A DNA stretch of 64,000 nt from Adineta vaga. Taxonomy: Eukaryota > Animalia > Rotifera. The position numbers and the translations under genes are program-made. The notes under the pieces are model-generated. The model did no database searches. It was given only the letters and a program-made list of their open reading frames with translations, and was not told the origin of the DNA. Positions 11,368 to 22,100 of this stretch are shown here, one piece after another; the first letter of the stretch is position 1; each line of letters starts with the position of its first letter. The DNA is taken from the NCBI GenBank assembly GCA_021613535.1, contig CP075497.1, forward strand, positions 10,292,001 to 10,356,000, in the 5' to 3' direction.

Positions 11368-13017
11368 CTAAAGATTATTTCTATTCATATAATTTCTTTG
11401 AATAATTCCTCCATCTGTGTGATGATTCGATTCGGAATTAAGATCAATTGAAGTTGCTGTAATAACATTGCCATAGTCAATATGGGAATCATTGATAATA
11501 TGATGTGCTGATGGATGAAGAATCTTCGTTTCAGATAGAATTGCTCGTAGTTGAGTATTTTCACGATCAATACGAGCTAATTTTTCATTTAATTGTTTTA
11601 CTTGTGATTTAAATTGTTCTAAATTTCCTTCGAGCTGTTCGATATATTGCCGACGCCGTTCTCGACAACGTCGTGCTGCTTCACGATTACTATCACGGAT
11701 TTGTTTCTTACGGTGATCATCCGAACCAATATTCGCATTTGAACCATTTGTTGTTGTTGTCGACGGTAATGGATGCATTGCTATTCCAGATGACACTGAT
11801 GGATATGTTGGACGAAAATTCATACTTGTTACATTTGTTGGTATTGGTACTGTTCTTTGACGTTTCGCATTTGCTAGTAGATCAGTTGATGTAACCTCAT
11901 TTAATGATGGTTGTGGAATGATAATTGTACCTGCTTTTGTCATTGATGGAATATTAGTGTCTGAGAAAAAATATAGAAAAAAGTAATATGAAATGAATTC
12001 GAGAATAAGATTTTCTTTACTAATATTAGCTTGTTGAAATGTTCGTTTATTCTGATTAATATTATTAATAACAATGGGTTGTTGTTTATTCATTGAATGA
12101 GGTAATGCATTTTGATCTAATCTTAATTGCATATGTATATGTTGATCATTTCCATTATTCGATACAATTTTGAATTGTTGATTATTGTTTACATGAGTTT
12201 CACTTGAATATGTTAAACTTGATAAATCAGGTATACGTGAAAAACTATTATTAACAGAATCATCCATTGAATTTTCATCGTCAAGACCATTTTGTGTGTT
12301 TGAAATACTATTATCGTTTTTCTGAGATTGAGAAATATTATTATTATTATTAGCTTGTGTTGGTGACATAGGTTCTGTATGGGATTGACTTCGAATAAGA
12401 AATTTCTTCTTCGGAGATACAATAACACCCATATTTAATGTTGGCGGCGAATCATAACGAATATTATCATTGTTTATTGTATTTGTCTCTCGTTCATTTG
12501 TTTCATTGATTGATGTTTTTGTTTGAAATGTATTTGGATTTACATTTGTCAATGCTTCTAATTCTTTAACAACCTATAGATAAAGAAAGACTGATTAATG
12601 AATCATCAAACAACAATTTCATACATCTGCTGTCGATGGTATTTCAATGGCTGATCCATCTTCATTGGTAATAACAGGAATTGGTTTATCCAAATTGAAA
12701 ACATTCGTCGATGATATTTTTTGAAATGGTGATGGCGTGGGTTTACGTGGCTCACTAAAACTTTGTTTAAGTTCATCTTCTATTTTCGATACTTTCACAT
12801 CAGCTGATGATGATATTAAACATGCTCGACCATTCGTTGTAGTAGTAGTTGTTGTTGTTGTTTCAGCAGATGAATTAGACGTTGTAGGATTTTCATCATT
12901 AATTGAAATATAGGATGGTTTATATGTTTGTGGATGTAAAACAATATTTGGTGTTATTATTGATGGAGTATCTAAGTTACTCGGCATTCCTTCGAATTCT
13001 ACTTCGTCTGTTTGCAT
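11368..13017 (-). CDS. bZIP transcription factor (ATF2/ATF7/CREB5-like basic region)
   Basis: RKKQIRDSNREAARRCRERRRQYIEQLE followed by a leucine zipper; long S/T/N-rich N-terminus; introns at about 12621-12576 and 12019-11962. Confidence 0.85.
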
Positions 13018-13579
13018 TGAAAATTGAATTTACAAATGAATTTTAAAAAACAACCTAAAATAAAATATAAATATGATCGTCTTGTCTTAGCATAACTTAT
13101 CAAAGATTAAAATCAAAAACGGAAGTTTTTGATGAAAAGAAAAAGATAGAAAAAAATGAAATTTATTTGCATAAAAAACACGCAAATAGAAGAGATAGAT
13201 CGTATGCTGACCTAACCCGTTTTATCTCGGAATTTTTTATAAATAAATAAACAGATATATTGAGATACAAAAACAACATGAAGACAGAATAAAAAAAGTC
13301 AAGAAAAAAACAATCAATCTTCAAATAGGAATCACTTCTACTCAATAAATAATAGGAAAATTCAAATGAAAAAATTTTATTTTACTTAACTTCTCGATGC
13401 CTAAAAATAAATTCTGACGAAATAGAAAAAAACACAATAACAACATTTATATTTTTCGATAGATGTCGCTTTAATGATTTATTAATCGCTGTTTGTGAGT
13501 TATCAACGACGCAGTTGCAGTTGCAACGAAAAAAGAAAAAGAACGAACAAACGAATCATTTAAAAGCTTATGATTTAGA

Positions 13580-14848
13580 ATGACATTCTTCTCTATGCAT
13601 TTTATTATTATCATCATTTATCTCTTATTATGTACGCAAATAGAAACTTCACCTGAATATGAAACAGGCGATGTTAATCACGAAAAAGCAAAATATTTGC
13701 GTGAAGAAAACGAACTATTATTATCATCGCCATCATCACAATGGGAGAAATATATTCAATTAATTGAAAAAGCTGAAAAAGCTCATTTAAATCGAACGGA
13801 TGATCCGAATCGATCCATATTTCATCAACAAATTGATCAAGATTTTTCCTATTGGAAAAATCAATCGATCGATGAAATACGACAACGATTAACCGTAAGT
13901 GAAACAACAGCTCGTGCTCATCGTCTTACACTGTATCAAGTCATTAATCATCGTTTATATCGTCAAACAGAAGATCAATTAATTTTTCCAGCACGAAATT
14001 TTGGTATCGAACATTTTCTTTTAAATATCATCGATTCTTTACCTGATATGGAATTCTTATTGAATACATATGATTGGCCACAACATCAACCTGATATTCC
14101 CATATTTTCATTTAGTAAATCATTGCTATCTCATGATACAGATCTTCTTTATCCTGCCTGGGCGTTTTGGGATGGTGGACCAGCATTAGGTAGTGTTTAT
14201 CCAACTGGTATCGGTCGATGGGATATTATGAGGCAAACATTGAATAAAGCTCGACAAAGTTATCCATGGTCAAAAAAAGAATCTCGTGGATTTTTTCGTG
14301 GTTCACGTACATCAGCGGAACGTGATCCACTTGTTTTATTATCACGTAGTAATCCGGAATTACTTGATGCTCAATATACGAAAAATCAAGCCTGGAAATC
14401 GGATGAAGATACATTAGGTTATCCACCAGCTGATGAATTAAAACATGAAGCTTTTTGTCAATTTAAATATTTATTCAATTTTCGTGGTGTTGCTGCATCA
14501 TTTCGTTTACGTCATTTATTTTTATGTGGTTCACTTGTTTTACATGTTGGATCTGATTGGATTGAATTTTTCTATGATCGTCTTGAACCATGGTATCACT
14601 ACATTCCAATTTCAACTGATTTACATGATGTCAAAGATATTTTATTGTTTGCACAAAACAATGATCGTTTAGTTGGAAAGATTGCTCGGCAAGGACGCGA
14701 TTTTATTTGGAATTCTTTAACAATGGAGAATGTTGAAGGTTATTGGAAAGAATTATTGTTAGAATATTATGAATTATTTGGAAATAATCAAAAACAAATT
14801 AAAAAGAAAACGAATTTTGTGCAAGTACATCGACGATCGAAACCATAA
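13580..14848 (+). CDS. POGLUT1: Protein O-glucosyltransferase 1 / Rumi (CAP10 domain, GT90)
   Basis: Intronless 422 aa with signal peptide; FPARNFGIEHFLL, YPAWAFWDGGPA, FFRGSRTSAERDPLVLLSR, KYLFNFRGVAASFRLRHLFLC, WIEFFY motifs. Confidence 0.93.
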   Translation: MTFFSMHFIIIIIYLLLCTQIETSPEYETGDVNHEKAKYLREENELLLSSPSSQWEKYIQLIEKAEKAHLNRTDDPNRSIFHQQIDQDFSYWKNQSIDEIRQRLTVSETTARAHRLTLYQVINHRLYRQTEDQLIFPARNFGIEHFLLNIIDSLPDMEFLLNTYDWPQHQPDIPIFSFSKSLLSHDTDLLYPAWAFWDGGPALGSVYPTGIGRWDIMRQTLNKARQSYPWSKKESRGFFRGSRTSAERDPLVLLSRSNPELLDAQYTKNQAWKSDEDTLGYPPADELKHEAFCQFKYLFNFRGVAASFRLRHLFLCGSLVLHVGSDWIEFFYDRLEPWYHYIPISTDLHDVKDILLFAQNNDRLVGKIARQGRDFIWNSLTMENVEGYWKELLLEYYELFGNNQKQIKKKTNFVQVHRRSKP

Positions 14849-15042
14849 AATTCAACATAAACAAAAACGAATTCTTGCTTTCTCTAACTGTCAGATCTTG
14901 ACTAACATGCTACCTCTTAATCCTTTGTTCTTCAGCAACCATTCCGTGCAATGATAGACAGGTGCTTCTTTTCTTCGTTTTTTTTGAGAATGTTTTATCT
15001 TTATTCTTTTTGAAATAAAAGAAAACAACGACATTATTATCA

Positions 15043-16368
15043 TCAAACAAACAAGCTGATAGCTGTATCATAATTGATTGGACAGTCTGTAGTTGCTGTT
15101 ATTGTTTTGGTTGTATCTTTTTTCTTTCGTGATCGAATTCGTCGATTGAAATCATGTTCAAACATCTAGAAAAAAAAGTATGCACTATTTTTTGTATGCA
15201 GAAAAAACAAACACAGACCTCATCATAATCAATTTCTAATAATTGATGAATTTCACGTTCATGATTCGTCTTTCGTAAAGACATCAATGCTAAAGCACAT
15301 GTTGCCACGTCTGGATGGTGATGATGAGTTAGTGACTAGAAAGATTCAAAATAGATAAATTATAATGTTTGATTATTTTACTTCAATTTCCCATAATGAA
15401 CTATCAATAGCATTTGTTTTATTCGGATCTCTTTCTTCACAAGAATACGTATCGTTGAATGAGGATGTTGATTGAGTTTCTTGTCGATCGATCATAATTC
15501 GAATTGTTGGATGACGAACAATTAAATTGTAAATAAATGTTATAATTAAACATTGATCATGTTGTGGAATTAATAGAGCTAATCGAGCAAGACGTTTAGC
15601 AAAACTAGCTACTAAATTGGCTGGTAGATGTCTAAATAGAAAATATTGAAGTATAGTTTTCGATTACAAATAGAATATCTATACATACGATGATTGAAGA
15701 AATATATTAAGAAGATAGAAAAATCTTGCTTTATATTTGGCACTGAATAAATCAATAGTTAATAATGAATATAGTTTACCAAAGAAGAATGCATATTCAA
15801 GATTATATCGAGTCATTAGTACATAAAGACCATGTAATGAAAGAATTTTTGATGCATTATTTTGTGTTTCATATGAACTCGTCAGAAAATCAGCTAGAAG
15901 TAATGGATTAGCCATACGTGGAATTATTTTCGTAGGGATTTGTAATAAAATTCGACGATATAATGTTGCATCAAGCTAGAAAAAAATAAAAGGAAAATGA
16001 TTTGAATTAAAGGGATTAATACTGAAATTAGATATTGTCAAAATGATTTCATTTAAACTTCAGAATAAAATCTAGACTCTACTGTGTGCTCTTCTCATGC
16101 TAGGTCCCTACTAACTCAATCTATTTGTGGAATTTGTCCTTGAAAATTAGAAATAAAAACTAGTCATAACTATGATGTATAATGTTATCTAACTTGAATT
16201 TTTATCCTAATTCTTATGTCTGCGTGTGTGTGTATACATTACCTTATCTGAAGAAAGGAATGCCAATAAACGTGCATCATATTTTTGTTTATCATCGAGA
16301 CTTTCATTGATTGATTTTCTTTTCTTTTTTGTTGGAAATAAATATTCAATTAATTTATCTTCTTTCAT
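15043..16368 (-). CDS. NOC4L: Nucleolar complex protein 4 homolog (CBF/Mak21 domain), apparently N-terminally shortened
   Basis: NPLLLADFLTSSY, LMTRYNLEY, KYKARFFYLLNIFLQSS|HLPANLVASFAKRLARLAL, TNAIDSSLWEI, HHHPDVA; about 6 exons. Confidence 0.85.
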
Positions 16369-16696
16369 GTTTATCTAATATAAAGAAAAGTAAAAGAAAT
16401 GAATTATTCAAGTTTTCGTTTATTTGTCGATCTTCTTAGGAAAAAAAAACGAATAAATGAGAACGCAACATATAGATATCCCTGAGAAGATCTTTTTCTT
16501 TTCTCTTGATTTTCTTTGCAATAATATATATGTATACATGTATATAAAGATGAAGAACACGTTCTCTAGCGTGCACAATAAAAAATAAGTTTTCTGTTTT
16601 TTTTAGTTTCGACTAGAAAAGAAAAGAAAAGAAAATATACGGTCAAGCATGACTAACTGTACATAGAAGATATAGAAAAAGACAGAAAAACAATTA

Positions 16697-19067
16697 TCAA
16701 GTCGTAGAAGAAGAAGAAGACGAAGACGAAGTAGGTGGAGGTGGTGGAGGAGATGCTGATGCTATTTGTTCATTTATTGGTTGTCCAGTTGATATATGTG
16801 TTGTTGTTGATGGTGAAGAATTGAGAGTAGCTGTTGTACGTATATGAAATTGTGGAACAAAACGATTAACAGTCATTGAATTGGTGGCATTTGAAATAGT
16901 TGTTGGTGATTGAGCACGTTGATTGATACTTGATGGTCTTAAATTTAATTGTTGCATTAAATTTTGTCGAATTAATCCAGACGCATTCATAGCTGTTTGA
17001 TCGTCTCCACTTGATGTTGTTGTTATTGATGGTAATTGAAGTACGAAATTCGCTTGAGATGTCTTACCTGTTAATCCAAGTGTAGTTGGATCGATTAATG
17101 ATGTTGATTTTATTTTAGCTGTGGCACCTATAGTTGCTGATGAAGGCGTTGATGAACCAGATATAGTTCGTGCTGGAACAAGTACAGCGCGTGGTGTTTG
17201 ATTTGGATCATTTGGATCTGTATTTGTTACATTGAATGATTTAAGACGTTGTATTTGTGCTGCCAGATCAGGTGAAATATCTTGATCAAGATTGGTTGTT
17301 GAACGTTGAAAGGATGTGGAATTGGAATTTGTACGATTATAAGTTATATTTGTTGTTTGCAAAGGTGTTTGTGAAGAATTTGCTGTTGTGGTTGTCGTTG
17401 TCGTATCACCAATACCTGTTGTTGAATTTGTTCCCGGTGTAAATGTAAGAATACGTACATTGCGAACTTGACCAGGTAGACTTGCTGCACGAGAAGCTAA
17501 TATTTGTTGAATCTATAAAGAAAATTGATGATATTTTCTTCTTTTCGGAGAAGTTCCTTAATTCTTACACTCGTTGGTGAACGTTGTGCAGCTTCAGTTA
17601 ATCTCTGTGTATTAGTTGTTGATTGTGTTTGAAGAGAAGTATTATTCGCATTTGTAAATATTTGTCGAATTTGGGATGGAAGTGTTTGAGTTTGTGATGT
17701 AGATTGTGGCTGATTGGGTAGAAAAGTTGTTGTAGTACGTAATTGTTGAGAAGGATTATTTGTTATAGTCGCTGTTGATCCTGGTGCAGTTACTGACGTA
17801 GTTAATTTAGCTGAATAGATAAAAATTCAAATGATGAAATAAGTAGACAACTTGACTTACTAGGAGGTAATGTAACATTGATAGAAGGAAGATTGGAAGG
17901 GGATGATGGAGAAGTTGAAACTGGTGGAGTATTACATGTTGGCGGATGTTGCATGGGACGTACAACAGCGATAGGAAGAGTTGATTGAGACTAGAATAGA
18001 GAATGAAAAATCGAATATTGCATTTTACTTCTGATTCTAATTACAGTTGATGACGTGAGAGGTTTTCCTTGTGATTGAACAGGATAATCTATATGAGATT
18101 GATTTATAGATGATGGACGTGGTGTTGCTGATGGTGTTCGTTGCTGTGGTTGAGATTTTGGAGATGATGGAGTTTGAGAACGACCTTCGAATGTAGCTAA
18201 CACAGGTGTCTAAAACAAAAAATATTTAATCTAACAATTTTGAATAGTATTTCTACATACTTGTGTTTGATTTCGTTGAAAATTATTTGATGCACGAACT
18301 TGAAGATTACTTGTTGGTGTTGTATTTATAGCTGTTTGCTGCTGCTGTTGATGATGTTGTTGTTGTTGTTGTTGCTGTTGTTGTTGCTGTTGTTGGGAAA
18401 TAGTGCGAACATGTCGATAATCAGTGGCAGAAATTTGAACTAAAGCAAAAATGAGTGGATTACATACAAAAAATAAAGTAGATCTATACCTGTTCCACTT
18501 TGTTTTTGTTGTATTAAATTTGGTTCATTTGTCGAAAGATTATTAGATGGTAAAACTTGTACTGGTCTTTGTCCAACAATAGTAGTAGTTGGAATTGATG
18601 GTTGAGGTGTTGGAGGAGTTGAGTTCAGAGGTGTAGAAGTTGGAAGCTATAGAAAAAGATATTAGTATATTTTGTTCGATAGAAGAAAAAACGATTTTGA
18701 TTGTTTATTAATACATACATTTGATCGTGTTGGTAAAGTGCTACTTTGAGAACGAGTTGGAGTTGTATTAGAATGATTACTAGTCGAAAAAATAATATTA
18801 TTAGAAACAGTTCGTTGAATTGTCGATGGATTTGATGGTGAGGCCGATGGAATCAGTGATAAGGGAGTTGAAGGAGATACATTAACTGATGTTGATGAAG
18901 TATTTTGTGATGACGATGGACGGATTCGAGAATTAATAGTCGACGCTATTGTAACATTTGTAGATGGAAGTTGCTGCTGTTTGATAGCATCAATGCTGGT
19001 TGGTGTAGTTGCAATTTGTTGCTGTGTAGGAGTACTGCTAATAGAAGACTGAGCTAATTGTTGCTGC

Positions 19068-19107
<40 letters not shown>

Positions 19108-22100
19108 GCTGTTGTTGTAATTGTTGCTGTTTCAATTCTTTTTCTCGTTCTGATCGTTGATATGAAACATCACTCGGTGTTAATGGAATATCCATATTGA
19201 TATCTGAAGAAAATCGAATTAATTAATATATTTTGGTAAAAAAAAAGTTTACTTACTATTTTCTTGTAAAAGTGAACTTTGTTTCAAACCTCGCATTTGA
19301 TGATGTGCAACTTGAGCAGCTTGTATTTGTTTAAATTTATTTAAATAAATTGATGATGGTAATTGTTGATCAAATTGAGAAATAGTTTCAAATTTTTGAT
19401 GATAAATTTGAAATAATTTTTGACAATTATCATGAACAAATAATTGATTTGTACGTAACATTTGCCAATTATCATCTGACATCTTTGAAGAAGAAAAAAG
19501 AGGAGAAAATGAGTTCGAAAGAGAAAACTATTTTCATTAATATAACTCTTACTTTTACAGTTCCTTTTATTACATGTTTCTTCTTTTTGATAAGATCGTA
19601 AACAACTCGACCTTCTTCTCGTGGTCCAATAACTTGTTCAAAACGATGTTTACATTGTTTCGGTGTACGTAGAACACGTGAATAACGATTTACAGTATCC
19701 GAAATAAAATCCCAATTTTGTGTCAATGCATTTGTTGTATTATTTACAATTGATGAAGAAGAGGATGGCGACAAAGACGATGATATTGTCGATGGTAATA
19801 AAGATGAAGATGATAGTGATGAATTTGGTAACATCGATTGAGGTTTATTCGCATTAGCTGTACTTGAAAATGACATTGATGATAATGGTAATTGTTGAAT
19901 ATTTTGAATTGTATCTAAGATTTTGTAATCTTCTGATATAAGCCAATCACTATTATCAATTTCTAATAAACCTTGAAAATTATCTTTTGAAAGCATTTCT
20001 TCCAATTTTACAGGACGTGATACGTTGGATGTCGACGCTGGAACAATAACATTTGAATTCGATGAATTTGGAAGTGGAGTCGTTGTTGTACCATTATTAA
20101 TATATAACTGACGAGCTTTCACATTTGCTTGTGGAGTTGTTGGAGTTATGATGTTCGATGGAAAGATTTTATTATTTGTTGGTGTTTGTTTCGATTTATT
20201 TAATGTATTTGTTGATAATGAAGTTGATTGAGTATTAAGCAATAAATTTGATCGATCAAATAATGAACGTGGTACAAGAATATTGGTATCTAATTTTGAC
20301 ATATTTGTTGTATCAGCAAGTGCTGAAAAGGAATAATGAAAGATATTTAGTTTTATATTTTAAGTTCAATTCTATGAATTCAGTTATTTTCAAATTAATT
20401 TTATCTGATCTTTACCTTTTGGTAATGGAAATCGAATATATTCTTCTGGTTCAATAAACATTGCTTCAGATTCATAACCAATATCAAGTTCATCATCATT
20501 ATAGATTTCTTGATCTCCATCTGCTGAACATCTCATTATAATACCACTCCATATCTAAAAAAAAAAGTGTAAATTCATAAAAATTCAAAAAATAACAATG
20601 AATGGTTACAAACCTCAAATACTTGACCGTCTTCTGTCACCCAAATCTAAACAAAAAAAGTGAAATATGTTTATTCTTGTCTTCTTTTCGTTTCATTTCA
20701 TTTCTTTTCCGTTATCTATCTGTCATATGTAACTGAAATCTTGTCTTTCTCTCAGAAGAACTCACAAATTGAACAAATACACACACACACACACACTGAG
20801 ACAATCATGATTCAAGAGTAAAGTCAAATTACTAGACTGCCAGATAAACGGAAAATGAAAATGAATGAATGATGAAAGAGTAATAGCGATAGCAATCTTG
20901 AATCATGTTTAATCTCTTGATATTTTGACATACGTGTGTGTGTGTGTGTTTAATTAAATTTGTAAGTTTTATTTTTCATATTAGGAAATAAAACAATCAT
21001 TAACGGAAAATCAACAATACTACGTCATAGATCATCATGTGCATAAAATAAATAAGATTCAGAATATAAAAGAAAATAATAGATAGATTGTTTGTATCAC
21101 TGTTCACGAAAAACAGAGAAGGAAAAAATACAAAGATGAAAGGTGTTTTGTATTTGACAACTTTATCATTGCATTCAATATTTTTCATTCGTCTTTTTTG
21201 TTGATTGTAAAATTCGATCACAACGTATCTGATAATTTTATAGCGATGAAGAAGACTTTGATAATTGATGAGCACCCAATTTACCATTCACAGATATTGC
21301 TGTTTCAATGACTGCGTTGTAGGAACTTTTCTCGATTGTTGTTGATTACCTGGAGTTCTATACTTAGTATCGGACGTTATCGCATTAGATAGTTTTAGTG
21401 ATGAACGTGTCATATATCGTCGTGATGAACCAATTTCTTTTAAATGATCTGATGTGTTACTGTGTATATTACTGACTTCATCATTGGAATGAAAACATAT
21501 GATTGAATCAGTACATTTTCCATGGTTATTAAGTTGTCGTGATTCGATGTTATGAGAAGACGTTCGTTGTTTTAGATCGTCTTTTACTATCGATTTTTGT
21601 CTACGACTCAAAGTTGGAGAATGTGGCGGAGATGGCACAATCTTTAAATGACGATGTTGTTGGAGAATTTCATCAGAAGATAGAGAAGGTGAAAATGAAA
21701 GGGAAGATGAAGATGTAGGCGTAGGCGTAGAGAAAAGAACTGACGATAATGAGAGAAAAGAAGAAAAAGTTGACTGTCGATCTGCTCCCGTTGAAAAACT
21801 TTTCTTATGACGTGTTATTTCACTCGCTACCAAACTATTTCGTGCACATGAATATGTATAGTTATATTTGACCTTTCTTTCATTGTCTCTTGCATATGTA
21901 TACATCATTTCATCATCTTCTTCTTCAAATTGTTTTTCTTCTTGTTCTTTTAATGCTTTCAAACGGGATAGATGCCAATCTTTTCGAATTTGTTCAGTAT
22001 CAAACTAAACATAAGTATAAAATTTAGTATTCAATCATCAATATATTACAAATTATTACATAAGTATTTGAATTAATTTGTGCCAGATTATCTTCATCAC

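Noticed and set aside
21000-21287. 95-aa ORF starting right after the TGA of the domino intronic frame (possible read-through or Sec)
   Set aside because: Composition (F/I/Y-rich) is typical of AT-rich UTR; no SECIS or domain was seen.
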